Below, one piece after another: positions 19,613 to 30,537 of a stretch of 64,000 bases of DNA. Both the position numbers and the translations under genes were made by a program. This stretch comes from Clostridia bacterium (GTDB lineage Bacteria; Bacillota; Clostridia; Oscillospirales; CAG-272). The first letter of the stretch is position 1. The number at the start of each line of letters is the position of its first letter. Under the pieces are notes generated by a model that did no database searches, was not told the DNA's origin, and saw only the letters and a program-made list of their open reading frames with translations. The stretch covers positions 24,391-88,390 of the forward strand of contig JAFTRE010000011.1 in the NCBI GenBank assembly GCA_017462385.1. Direction: 5' to 3'.

Positions 19613-19697
19613 TACAATATTGATAATAAATATTGAATTTTTTAAACAAGTGTGCTATACTTTACTTACAATCAGTCTCGCAGGGAGGCTATAAAAA

Positions 19698-20360
19698 ATG
19701 GAAAGCACCAACAATTTTCTATATCTCATATTTTCCCACACCAATAACCGCATGGGCGGTGTGATCCGCACCGTCACACGCTATGACTATAACCATGTCT
19801 CCGTCGCACTCACATCCAATCTTTCAAAAATATATTCCTTTGCACGCCATCATCATGACACGCCGTTTTACGGCGGGTTTGTATGCGAAAGTGCCACGCG
19901 CTTCATAAAGGACGATACCGTCGCCAATGTCAAAATATACGCTATTCCCGTCAGTGAACGACAGCACCGCATCGCCAAGAATTACATAAACAAGGTCGAG
20001 CGCGAAAAGGGTAAATATCTCTACAATATGTTCTCCGCCGCCACATTTCCCTTTCACCGTCGCGTAAATATCGATCGCGCGTATACCTGCGTGGAATTCG
20101 CCGTTTCGGTCCTGCGCCGCATCGGAGCGCCGCGCCACGGCCGCATATCCCGCTTTTGCTCGATAGAACAGCTTGATCAGATTTACGCGGATTATCAGAT
20201 ATACGAGGGGAGTTTTCCAAGCTATGCGGGCTCGCCCGCGGAAAGCGACGGATATATGCGCAAAAACACAGTACGCTATCGTGTTGGGCACACCGTCGGC
20301 TCCAACGCCCGACTTTTCGGCAGATTGTTCCGCCGCCTGTGGCACAGTATAATACCATGA
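19698..20360 (+). CDS. hypothetical protein, possible permuted papain-fold (NlpC/P60 / YiiX-like) enzyme
   Basis: GGGAGG SD. The His motif (YDYNHVSVAL) precedes the Cys motif (RAYTCVEFAV), as in permuted NlpC/P60 members. By-eye only. Confidence 0.45.
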   Translation: MESTNNFLYLIFSHTNNRMGGVIRTVTRYDYNHVSVALTSNLSKIYSFARHHHDTPFYGGFVCESATRFIKDDTVANVKIYAIPVSERQHRIAKNYINKVEREKGKYLYNMFSAATFPFHRRVNIDRAYTCVEFAVSVLRRIGAPRHGRISRFCSIEQLDQIYADYQIYEGSFPSYAGSPAESDGYMRKNTVRYRVGHTVGSNARLFGRLFRRLWHSIIP

Positions 20361-20851
20361 AAGCAACACACAAAAATATTGACGGATGCGAGCTTTATCG
20401 CTCGCCGATCGGTACACTTGTCATCGAGCAAACGGGTAGAGCACTGACCGCTCTGCGTTTTGAGGATGAGCTATCCTCGCCCATCATTCCCCGCCCCACA
20501 GAGTTGACCGCGCTCGTCTGCAGACAGCTTGATGAATACTTTGCCGGCGTTCGCCGAGATTTTTCGGATATCCCACTTGATCTGCGCGGCACTCAATTTC
20601 AACTCCGCGTTTGGAACGCACTGCTCGATATACCCTACGGCGAGACGAGAAACTACGGTGACATCGCCGCTGCGGTTGAAAATCCCCGCGCCTGCCGCGC
20701 GGTCGGTATGGCAAATCACAACAACCCCATAGTAATAATCGTCCCCTGTCACCGCGTCATAGGAGCCGACGGTAGCCTCACGGGCTACGGTGGAGGACTG
20801 GATAAAAAGGTGTTTTTGTTGGAATTGGAACGAAAGTCTACATCACACTAA
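20357..20851 (+). CDS. ogt: methylated-DNA--protein-cysteine methyltransferase
   Basis: Active site IIVPCHRVIGADGSLTGYGGGL. Start trimmed to the ATG that overlaps the upstream stop (ATGA). Confidence 0.92.
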   Translation: MKATHKNIDGCELYRSPIGTLVIEQTGRALTALRFEDELSSPIIPRPTELTALVCRQLDEYFAGVRRDFSDIPLDLRGTQFQLRVWNALLDIPYGETRNYGDIAAAVENPRACRAVGMANHNNPIVIIVPCHRVIGADGSLTGYGGGLDKKVFLLELERKSTSH

Positions 20852-20871
20852 CAAAAAATGCAAGAAATTTA

Positions 20872-20908
20872 GCGCATCACATTTGCAAAAATGTGATGCG
20901 CCTTTGAT
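20872..20908. terminator. hairpin between ogt (+) and glycosyltransferase (-)
   Basis: GCGCATCACAT-TTGCAAAA-ATGTGATGCGC followed by CTTTGATT. Confidence 0.6.
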
Positions 20909-20922
20909 TCCAAGTTGCCGCA

Positions 20923-22074
20923 TTACGACTCTGTTTTTATCTTGTTTTTACCCTTATTCTCCGCCGTGGTGAGCTGATCTGTATAAAAGTCCTCCAGTTC
21001 GCGCGTCATACGTTCCGGGGTAAAGCGCTCGCGGTAGCGGCGCTCGGCAGCAATCCCCATCTGGTGCAGGCGCACAGGGTCATGCTCGAGCGAGGAGAGC
21101 GCCGCGGCGAGCGCGGCGGGATCGGCACGCGGCACGACAATACCGCTGACTCCCTGCTCTACCATAGCCCCATTGCCGCCGTAGTCGCTGACCACTGCCG
21201 CGCGCCCGATGCTCATGCCTTCGGACAGCGCGAGACTGGAGGTCTCCGTGCCGACAGAGCAGTTGACATTGACATCCACCGCATTCATATACGGCGCAAT
21301 ATCAGGGCAAAATCCCGCGAAAATGACGCGATCGGCTATACCGAGCGACTGTGACAGCTGACGCAGCTCTCCTTCAAGACTTCCCCGCCCGCAAAGCAGT
21401 ATTTTAATACGGCTGTCCGCCCCCATGCGGGCGGCGGCTTCAAGCAGATATCTGTGCCCCTTGCATGCCTCCAGCCGCGCGAACATACCGACGACGAAGT
21501 CATCATCCGAAAATCCGAGCGCCATTCGCGCCGCACGGCGCTCGTCGTCCGACAAACGTGAAAGCGGCTCGGCGCCGTTGATTATGACGCGAATTTTTCC
21601 GGGATCGGTCCCGAGCGCCGTAAGGTCGTCCGCTGCCGCGTTTGCCACTGCGACTATGCCGCTCGACAGCATATTATTGATTCCGCCTGTCAGCCACCGC
21701 AGAGGTGGTCTGCGCAATACGGCACGCGGCGGGTAGGCGCAATGCCGAGTGTGTATACGCACATCCACACCGGCAAGCCGCGCCGCAATGCGTGCCGACA
21801 GCGCTCCGTGACAGTGAACGATATCGGGGCGCTCTTTTTTTATTATGCTTACATATTCCCGAACAGCTCCCACCTCAAACGAGCGGTCGGCGCCGTGGCG
21901 GCTCTCTATAACTTTATATCCCAGAGCTTCGACCCGTTCTCTCAGCTCACTGCCGCGCGGCAATACTACCGAAATATCAAACCGCCCTCGGTCAAAATAT
22001 TTAAGCTGACACAAAAGCAACACTCCCGCGCCGCCTATATTTGTATCGGTAATTATATGAAGCAATCGGTACAT
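20923..22074 (-). CDS. glycosyltransferase family 4 (GT-B fold)
   Basis: N-terminus ITDTNIGGAGVLL. C-terminal E-x7-E type region (SVGTETSSLALSEGMSIGRAAVVSDYGGN). Confidence 0.88.
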   Translation of the reverse strand: MYRLLHIITDTNIGGAGVLLLCQLKYFDRGRFDISVVLPRGSELRERVEALGYKVIESRHGADRSFEVGAVREYVSIIKKERPDIVHCHGALSARIAARLAGVDVRIHTRHCAYPPRAVLRRPPLRWLTGGINNMLSSGIVAVANAAADDLTALGTDPGKIRVIINGAEPLSRLSDDERRAARMALGFSDDDFVVGMFARLEACKGHRYLLEAAARMGADSRIKILLCGRGSLEGELRQLSQSLGIADRVIFAGFCPDIAPYMNAVDVNVNCSVGTETSSLALSEGMSIGRAAVVSDYGGNGAMVEQGVSGIVVPRADPAALAAALSSLEHDPVRLHQMGIAAERRYRERFTPERMTRELEDFYTDQLTTAENKGKNKIKTES

Positions 22075-22120
22075 ATTCTCTCTCCCGTTTTTTATTAGTA
22101 TTACCGTTCTGCGGAGAGAA

Positions 22121-22160
22121 TATTAAAAGAATAAAGGGAACTTTTCCGTTCCCTTTATTC
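22121..22160 (-). terminator. intrinsic terminator after the XRE-membrane gene
   Basis: 13-bp stem GAATAAAGGGAAC/GTTCCCTTTATTC followed by a T run on the minus strand. Confidence 0.75.
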
Positions 22161-22163
22161 AAG

Positions 22164-23093
22164 TTATTCCGAGCGGCGAATTTTTCTATCTTTAAGCCAT
22201 GCGCGCAGGTGAGGAACATATGTCGTAAGCAACCACACCGATATGGCAGTCTCTGCCCAATCTGCAAAGTATCCCACCCATGAAAGCATTCGTATCTCCA
22301 AGCGGCTGTTGCTTGTTTGCTCAAACGACACCGAAACGGCGGGAAGCACAAACCACATAAGCAAAAGCGCCGCGCCGCCGAGTATCGAACACACTATTTT
22401 TGGTCTTGTCAGCGGTATGAGGCGGGCTCGGAACATCACGACCGTAACTACAATCAGCGCGACATGCACGGCAAAAAGCGCCATAGATATTATCGTTCCG
22501 ACCGTCATACCGCCCAGCAAGCTATAATATATCATATGAAATATAAACGATGTGGTAGTTGTTCCTGTTGCCCATGCCAGATATGTTGCCACGCAAAAAT
22601 ATATTGCCCATGAACACCACAGCCCGATATGCTTTTTGAACAGCATACATATCAAGCCGCACAAAGCAAACGGACTTGCAAATATGAGCCCTCCGACGAC
22701 CTCACCGAACGCGGTCAGCAAAATAAATATCACTGCGGCTGTGCACACAAGTATCAAGCCCGCCGTCTTGCGCCAGCGGTCATCCGTTTCGCGGCGGCGC
22801 GGCGCTGTCTGCACCGACGTCGGCTGAACATATGTCGGCTCGACAGGCGGTTCTTCTGCTTGCTCACTCTGCCGAGGCGGCTCCTCGGACTGTGTCGGCT
22901 CCCCGTTCACCAACTCATCCAACGTTATTCCAAACACCTCGCACAGACGGACGAGCTTATCAAGCTCGGGCACCGATGCATCCGTCTCCCACTTGGAAAC
23001 AGATTGCCGCGACACATCAAGCCGCTCGGCAAGCTCCCCCTGCGACAGATCTTTGCGAGTACGGTATGTATATATTTTTTCTCCGAGATTCAT
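22164..23093 (-). CDS. membrane-anchored XRE-family HTH regulator
   Basis: N-terminal HTH_3 (LSQGELAERLDVSRQSVSKWE), a Pro/Glu/Gln-rich linker, then about 6 TM helices. Confidence 0.8.
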   Translation of the reverse strand: MNLGEKIYTYRTRKDLSQGELAERLDVSRQSVSKWETDASVPELDKLVRLCEVFGITLDELVNGEPTQSEEPPRQSEQAEEPPVEPTYVQPTSVQTAPRRRETDDRWRKTAGLILVCTAAVIFILLTAFGEVVGGLIFASPFALCGLICMLFKKHIGLWCSWAIYFCVATYLAWATGTTTTSFIFHMIYYSLLGGMTVGTIISMALFAVHVALIVVTVVMFRARLIPLTRPKIVCSILGGAALLLMWFVLPAVSVSFEQTSNSRLEIRMLSWVGYFADWAETAISVWLLTTYVPHLRAWLKDRKIRRSE

Positions 23094-23159
23094 TTGGTCT
23101 CTCCTTTAGTTTGTGGCATCACTATACCACGCAACGCACGAAAAAACAACCAAGCATAC

Positions 23160-23196
23160 TTTGAAATATTAGCAACCAACGGTTGCACATTTCAAA
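23160..23196. promoter_or_regulatory. 37-bp imperfect palindrome upstream of the XRE-membrane gene
   Basis: TTTGAAAT-ATTA-GCAACC-AAC-GGTTGC-AC-ATTTCAAA. Outer 8-bp and inner 6-bp arms are perfect. Confidence 0.4.
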
Positions 23197-23274
23197 CACA
23201 TCTCTGCACCGTCATGCGCTGTCCCGTTTTTGGGACAGCGCATGTTGTATAATAGCATCAGAGAGGCAAGATCA

Positions 23275-24096
23275 TTACTTACGCTTCAGCTTACCGACCA
23301 CGCGGCCTGCACAGTGGACATCCTCAAAACCGCGGAGCAAAATGTCTCCGTACTCGGGATTGAGCGAAACCAGACGGTCTCCGCTGAAAATCTTGAAATA
23401 TCCGTTACCATCGAGAATAAAGACAGCTGCCTCGCCGGGCTCGACCGCATCGCAATTTTCCACCAGCAAAACGTCGCCGTCGTGATATTTAGGCTCCATA
23501 CTGTTGCCGCTGATACGCAGTGCGAAATCGGCATCGGCGGTTTTGGGATTGTCGGGAATGGTGATGGTTTCGGCGGCACTATCGTCGAGATACTCACCGG
23601 GACCTGCCGAGACGGGCAGCCCGTACAACGGGATCTGCCGCTTTTCAAAGCCGGGGGTCTTACGCGCCGTATTTGCGACAGACTGCAGAGGCGCGGCAAA
23701 GCGCGCTCTTGCCCGCTCCTCCGAAATAACGCGGCCGCGCGGCGCGGCGGCAGTTTCATATGCGTCCATGGTCACGCGCTCGCTTTCTTTATCGAGAACC
23801 AGCCGCACCATCTCGCGTCCGTGACGATCAAGCGTGCGAAAATCCTCGACCAGACGCATCTCGTCGGGCTCGAGCGTATAATTATTTGTATTCTCGGGGA
23901 CACCGCTGAGAATATAATCCACCGAGCAATCAAGCGCGTCGCAAATGGCGACGATATTCGACAGCTTGGGCGAATCGGAAAAGCCCGCTAAAATCTTGCT
24001 GAGCGTACTGACGGGGATGCCCGTAAGCTCCGAGAGCTGCTCGTTTGTGATCTTTTTCTCGCTTTTTCTCGCTTTTATTCTATCAATATAGTCCAT
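23275..24096 (-). CDS. XRE-HTH / S24 LexA-like autopeptidase repressor (CI-like architecture)
   Basis: N-terminal HTH (ITNEQLSELTGIPVSTLSKILAG). C-terminal S24 motifs ALRISGNSMEPKYHDGDVLLVE (Ser) and GNGYFKIF (Lys). Confidence 0.85.
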   Translation of the reverse strand: MDYIDRIKARKSEKKITNEQLSELTGIPVSTLSKILAGFSDSPKLSNIVAICDALDCSVDYILSGVPENTNNYTLEPDEMRLVEDFRTLDRHGREMVRLVLDKESERVTMDAYETAAAPRGRVISEERARARFAAPLQSVANTARKTPGFEKRQIPLYGLPVSAGPGEYLDDSAAETITIPDNPKTADADFALRISGNSMEPKYHDGDVLLVENCDAVEPGEAAVFILDGNGYFKIFSGDRLVSLNPEYGDILLRGFEDVHCAGRVVGKLKRK

Positions 24097-24134
24097 AATG
24101 CGCCTCGCTTTGACATTTTTCTTGTTTTAGCAAT

Positions 24135-24163
24135 ATTATATCACAAATTTTCCGTTTTGTAAA
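24135..24163 (-). promoter_or_regulatory. promoter for the LexA-like gene
   Basis: Minus strand TTTACA, 17 nt, TATAAT with a TGTGA extended -10. Confidence 0.6.
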
Positions 24164-24167
24164 GGGG

Positions 24168-24197
24168 TTTCAAAAAATATTTTTCCGATTTTTGAAA
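24168..24197. promoter_or_regulatory. inverted repeat between the divergent promoters
   Basis: TTTCAAAAA (24168-24176) and TTTTTGAAA (24189-24197), 12-nt spacer. AT-rich, so chance is possible. Confidence 0.3.
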
Positions 24198-24204
24198 AAA
24201 CCTA

Positions 24205-24233
24205 TTGACAAGTTCGCTCAAGTGTGCTATTAT
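24205..24233 (+). promoter_or_regulatory. sigma-A type promoter for the small membrane protein gene
   Basis: TTGACA, 17 nt, TATTAT. Confidence 0.7.
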
Positions 24234-24313
24234 TATGTCACAGGACAGGCACAGCATATCCGAAACGGAAGAAATTTTTCAAAAATTATCATGTAAACAG
24301 AAGGAGAACCGAA

Positions 24314-24628
24314 ATGAACGCTTACTACAACGATTTTGTCGCTACCAATGCCGCTCCCGCGGTCCGTACCAAATCCGCGCCGCGCCGTCGGACTTCTCTC
24401 TCTGCGCTCATTGAGCGCCTGCTGTGCATGATAGACGCCCTGCTGGCTCTGCTGTCCTCCACCAAGGCGCGCCGCGTTGCCCTGGTCGCCTCCACCACAG
24501 CTTGCTTCTTTGTTATGCTGGGCGTTATCGGCGGAATCGAGCACGGACTCATCGGCTGGGGCTGGGGCTTCGCCATCGCAATGGTCATCGCTATCATCGA
24601 GGGTGTGTGCATTAAAAAGTGTAAATAA
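24314..24628 (+). CDS. small membrane protein, unknown function (104 aa)
   Basis: AAGGAGAA SD. Start trimmed to MNAYYNDF. Basic stretch, then two hydrophobic helices (ACFFVMLGVIGGI and GWGWGFAIAMVIAIIEGV). Confidence 0.55.
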   Translation: MNAYYNDFVATNAAPAVRTKSAPRRRTSLSALIERLLCMIDALLALLSSTKARRVALVASTTACFFVMLGVIGGIEHGLIGWGWGFAIAMVIAIIEGVCIKKCK

Positions 24629-24640
24629 AATCACCGTTAT

Positions 24641-24676
24641 TCCCCGTAAGCTTCAAAAGCTTACGGGGATTTTTTG
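24641..24676 (+). terminator. intrinsic terminator
   Basis: TCCCCGTAAGCTT-CAAA-AGCTTACGGGGA followed by TTTTTT. Confidence 0.85.
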
Positions 24677-24686
24677 ATCTACCCTA

Positions 24687-24717
24687 TTGACATTGACGCA
24701 GCGTCAAGTGGTATGAT
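24687..24717 (+). promoter_or_regulatory. MerR-type promoter with 19-nt spacer and embedded palindrome
   Basis: TTGACA (24687-24692), 19-nt spacer containing TTGACGC-A-GCGTCAA, TATGAT (24712-24717). Confidence 0.7.
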
Positions 24718-24792
24718 ATAATAAACACAGAAAACCTTGCTATCGTAAGCAAGCATTTTGGCTTCATGATATAATAAAAAGGAGGTAACGCG

Positions 24793-25485
24793 ATGAAAGA
24801 CAGCTACCTTTACGATATAACCGAGGTTTGCCGTATGTTACAGACCACCTCAAGAACGCTGCGCTTTTACGAACAAAAAGGAATCATAAAAAGCACAACC
24901 TCCACATCACCACGGCGTCAATACACAAAAGAACAAATATCCCTTATCAGGAACGTACTTGTCCTTCGGACATTGGGACTATCCGTCAAGACCATCGCAT
25001 ATCTTCAACGCAGCAACGCCGACCTCAGGGACGCTTTGGTGCTGAAGCGCGCCGAAATAGAAGCGCTTATAGAGACCAAGATAAAAGAAATAACGTTACT
25101 TAACAATGCTATTGTCATGATGGAGCAGGATAAAGATATATTTGAGCAAAAGCTTGATCCCCCACCCGCCGAAAACGACGCAAAACTTGACACTATCATC
25201 AAAAAATGCACCAAGGCTATTATACAAGGAGATGCTACGCTGTTATATGAACATTTAAGCGATACGATGAAGGAATATATGCCACGCTCTGCATTTGAAA
25301 GAATACGCGCGGACACGCTTGCTCCGCTGGGCAACTTTGTGTCGCTTGACAAGCTGGAATATGACAAAAAACATCCGCATATAGCATATCAATTCATAAA
25401 ATACGAAAAGCTTGGGCTGAAAATAAAATACGTTTTTTATGAACAAAAGATACAGGGCTTATGGCTGGGATATTATGAGCTATGA
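24793..25485 (+). CDS. MerR family transcriptional regulator
   Basis: YDITEVCRMLQTTSRTLRFYEQKGIIKS HTH, a coiled-coil dimerisation helix and a C-terminal effector domain. AGGAGG SD. Confidence 0.88.
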   Translation: MKDSYLYDITEVCRMLQTTSRTLRFYEQKGIIKSTTSTSPRRQYTKEQISLIRNVLVLRTLGLSVKTIAYLQRSNADLRDALVLKRAEIEALIETKIKEITLLNNAIVMMEQDKDIFEQKLDPPPAENDAKLDTIIKKCTKAIIQGDATLLYEHLSDTMKEYMPRSAFERIRADTLAPLGNFVSLDKLEYDKKHPHIAYQFIKYEKLGLKIKYVFYEQKIQGLWLGYYEL

Positions 25486-25495
25486 GGTGAAACAA

Positions 25496-26845
25496 ATGAA
25501 AATAAATATTATTATTCTCGCACTGATATGTCTGCTTGCCCTCTCGTCCTGCAACGCAGACACACCGCCCACCGAGACCGAGCCGAGCATTACCACAACC
25601 GCCGCCGAGTCTACATCTCCAACCACGACAGTTGTTGAGGAGCACACCCCTGCCACAAATGACGAGCTGTTTGAATACGTAATTTCAAAGTGGAAGCAAA
25701 ATAAAGCGGCAGAGCTTTACGAATATGCCGCGCCCGAACTTTCGGTGCTTTTGCGCGAGGCGGACTTTGTTTATCTGTTCGACAGCGTTTCCAACATCGG
25801 CGGTACACTGAATGCCGTTTCGGACAAGCGCGTAAGCGCCTCGGACGGAATCACCTCATATACTGCGGTTCTGGAGTTCGACAACATAACCACCGAGCTT
25901 TCGATAGCTTTGAAAGACCTGCAAATATGCTCCTTTACTCGCAATGTTCATTTCAAGAACACTTTCGAGCTGGATCACGGAAACGGTATTATTGAAAAAT
26001 ATTTTGTTTTTGAAAATGACGGCTACAAGCTCAACGCCGTTTATACTTACGTCAACGACGGTCAGGCCCACCCCGCCGCTCTGCTTATTTCAGGCTCAGG
26101 TCCCAGTGATTACAACTCTACAGTAGGATTACTGACACCGTTCGAGGATATAGCCATAGGTCTTGCTCGTAACGGAATCAATTCCCTGCGCGTGGATAAA
26201 AGAACGTTCAATTATTCGTCGGAAACGGGGGATGATATAGTGATCGAGCAGGAATATCTGGACGATTACACCGCCGATATAGACTTTTTGAAAAGTCAAA
26301 ATATATCCGGGCTGTATTTGCTGGGGCACAGTCTGGGCGGACAGATAGCCGCCGAGCTTGCTGCGAACCGCACCGACATAGACGGCTTGATACTGTTCAA
26401 CAGCTCGTTGCGCCATCTTGCCGACATAGCCTGCGATCAATATTCCGTCATTGATCCCGCCAACAAGAGTACATATAAAGCTTACGCCGACGCGGCGAAG
26501 TCTGCCTCTGAGGATAATATCAAGGGTTACTATTATTACGGCGCAGGCGACGCTTATTGGGCGTCCTACAATCGCATTGACACCGTAAAAAACATAACCG
26601 ATGTCAACACAAACCTCCTTATAATAAACAGCACCTTTGACAATCAACTGTTTGACGAGGACATTGATCTGTGGAAAAGCCATTTTTCTGGCGACCCGAA
26701 AGTAACGCTTCGCGTGCTTGACGGTATAAGCCATTTCGGCTATAAAATCGACACAGCAGACCTGTCAGCTCTATATAAGCGGAGCACTTTTCCCGATGAG
26801 CTTATATCGGATTTTTCAAGTTTTATCAACGCCGCGCCTCAATGA
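25496..26845 (+). CDS. secreted alpha/beta-hydrolase lipoprotein
   Basis: Start trimmed to MKINIIILALICLLALSSC (lipobox). Nucleophile elbow LLGHSLGG. Thr/Pro-rich stalk after the lipobox. Confidence 0.8.
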   Translation: MKINIIILALICLLALSSCNADTPPTETEPSITTTAAESTSPTTTVVEEHTPATNDELFEYVISKWKQNKAAELYEYAAPELSVLLREADFVYLFDSVSNIGGTLNAVSDKRVSASDGITSYTAVLEFDNITTELSIALKDLQICSFTRNVHFKNTFELDHGNGIIEKYFVFENDGYKLNAVYTYVNDGQAHPAALLISGSGPSDYNSTVGLLTPFEDIAIGLARNGINSLRVDKRTFNYSSETGDDIVIEQEYLDDYTADIDFLKSQNISGLYLLGHSLGGQIAAELAANRTDIDGLILFNSSLRHLADIACDQYSVIDPANKSTYKAYADAAKSASEDNIKGYYYYGAGDAYWASYNRIDTVKNITDVNTNLLIINSTFDNQLFDEDIDLWKSHFSGDPKVTLRVLDGISHFGYKIDTADLSALYKRSTFPDELISDFSSFINAAPQ

Positions 26846-28198
26846 ACGGCTTTTTCGCCGCGTACTCATCATACTTATATATTCTCGCGTCTCACTCACC
26901 ACCTCGCCGGACATCGCGCAAATAACGGCGAGGTTTATTATTGTCATGGCGCCGAGGGCAAAGTCTGCAACGCTCCAGACCGCATCGGGAGCCGCCACGG
27001 CGCCCACCGCCGCCGCGAGTCCGTAGGCCACGACAAATGTCCACCGCCAGCCGCGCCGCTCTGTCAAGTACGACACACATTCCATACCGTAATGCGCCCA
27101 GCAAATGACCGTCGCAAAGCCAAAAAACAGCACCATTGCGCACATGACATACTCCGACCAGCTGCCAAGCACCGCAGAATATGCGCGAAGCGTCATCATA
27201 ATGGGGTCGGCACCGTATACCGAAACCTCGCCGAGGCTTATAATGATTACAACGGCGGTCATGGTGCACAGCAATATGGTATCGACGAACACCTCGAAAA
27301 TGCCCCATATGCCCTGCTGTGCGGGATAGGACACCGACGAGCCCGCGTGCGCGATGGGAGCCGTACCGCATCCCGCTTCATTTGACATAAGCCCGCGCAT
27401 TGTCCCATATCGAACGCCGCGCGACAACACAAAGCCGACCACACCGCCCAGTGCGCTGTCAAAGCTGAAAGCGTCCTCCAAGATCGCCGCAAAGGCGGCA
27501 GGCAGGCTGTCGCGGCGCAATATCATAACGGCAACCGACATTATTATATATACTACCGTCATCAGTGGCACCAGCCGCTCGGTGAGGTGAGCAATACCAT
27601 CCCGTCCCGAGGCAATAACGGCTACCGTAAGCACGGCAAGCACGCCGCCCGTGAAGGCTGTCCCTACATTGCACACACCAAGCAACGCGCGACTAACCGC
27701 ATTTACCTGTATGACACAGCCCATCGAGATCGCGTCAAGTATGCACAAAAGCGCGAACATCGCCGCAAGAAAAATGCCTACTTTGGCATGGCGGTGTGCG
27801 GCGAAAAAATCCTTTATATAATACATCGCGCCGCCGTGGTACTCGCCATCAACTCCCCGTCGGCGGTGACGAAGCGCGAGCACGGTCTCGGCGTATTTGA
27901 GCAGCATTGCCGCCAGCGCGCTGACCCACATCCAGAATATAGATCCAACGCCGCCCAGATGTATTGCCGACGCGACACCGACGATGTTCCCCACCCCCAG
28001 CGTTCCCGCGAGCGCCAGCGATAGTGCGCGAGCGGGAGACATTCCGCCGCCGGCATTTCGAGCGGTAAGCGTCTGCCACACAAGCGCGGGACGTGTTACA
28101 TGGAAAAATTTCAGACGAAATGCGAAAAACACGCCCGCCGCAATGAGCGCCGCGGGAGTCGCGAAACCGAATATATATGTATTGATGAACTCGAGCAT
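26816..28198 (-). CDS. alanine/glycine:cation symporter (AGCS) family transporter
   Basis: Polytopic. GGMSPARALSLALAGTLGVGNIVGVASAI is typical of the sodium:alanine symporter family. Start trimmed to MLEFINTY (GAGGTG SD). Confidence 0.9.
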   Translation of the reverse strand: MLEFINTYIFGFATPAALIAAGVFFAFRLKFFHVTRPALVWQTLTARNAGGGMSPARALSLALAGTLGVGNIVGVASAIHLGGVGSIFWMWVSALAAMLLKYAETVLALRHRRRGVDGEYHGGAMYYIKDFFAAHRHAKVGIFLAAMFALLCILDAISMGCVIQVNAVSRALLGVCNVGTAFTGGVLAVLTVAVIASGRDGIAHLTERLVPLMTVVYIIMSVAVMILRRDSLPAAFAAILEDAFSFDSALGGVVGFVLSRGVRYGTMRGLMSNEAGCGTAPIAHAGSSVSYPAQQGIWGIFEVFVDTILLCTMTAVVIIISLGEVSVYGADPIMMTLRAYSAVLGSWSEYVMCAMVLFFGFATVICWAHYGMECVSYLTERRGWRWTFVVAYGLAAAVGAVAAPDAVWSVADFALGAMTIINLAVICAMSGEVVSETREYISMMSTRRKSRSLRRGVDKT

Positions 28199-28370
28199 AT
28201 GACACCTCGTTTTTTCAAAGCATATGATGCGAGGAGCAAAACTATGCGTGCAGGGTCGATTTTTAGCAATCATACGCCCTGCATGAACATGAAATTGTTA
28301 ACAATTTGTGAACAATTAGTTTAAAGTATTGATTTTTTCGCGGAATTGTATTAAAATAGGCACAGTCAAA

Positions 28371-28397
28371 TTAGCACTCAATCATTTTGAGTGCCAA
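28371..28397 (+). promoter_or_regulatory. CIRCE operator (HrcA site) upstream of groES
   Basis: TTAGCACTC-AATCATTTT-GAGTGCCAA versus consensus TTAGCACTC-N9-GAGTGCTAA. Confidence 0.9.
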
Positions 28398-28451
28398 AAT
28401 TCAATATAAAAATATTTGCGAAAGCAATTAAGTTTCTAGGAGGAATCAAAA

Positions 28452-30388
<1,937 letters not shown>

Positions 30389-30406
30389 TAAGTTCTCAAA
30401 ACCGCA

Positions 30407-30435
30407 CATCGGGGCAGAAATGCCCCGATGTTTTT
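30407..30435 (+). terminator. intrinsic terminator after groEL
   Basis: CATCGGGGCA-GAAA-TGCCCCGATG followed by TTTTT. Confidence 0.85.
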
Positions 30436-30508
30436 CACATTGTGACTACGCGCCAACCATGCCTTTGTAAAAATTTATTATCGGCAAGCATCCATGTGCG
30501 TCACTCAC

Positions 30509-30537
30509 TTGACAAATTCTCCAATGAGTGCTATACT
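30509..30537 (+). promoter_or_regulatory. sigma-A type promoter for the K+ uptake operon
   Basis: TTGACA, 17 nt, TATACT. The -10 hexamer ends 21 nt before the ATG. Confidence 0.7.

Noticed and set aside
28199-28370. Possible glycine riboswitch upstream of the alanine/glycine:cation symporter
   Set aside because: I read the minus-strand leader and found only a 7-bp TGCAGGG/CCCTGCA stem. None of the glycine-riboswitch core motifs (GGAGAG ... CACCG ... CTCTGGAGAG ... ACCGAAGGGGCAA) are present.
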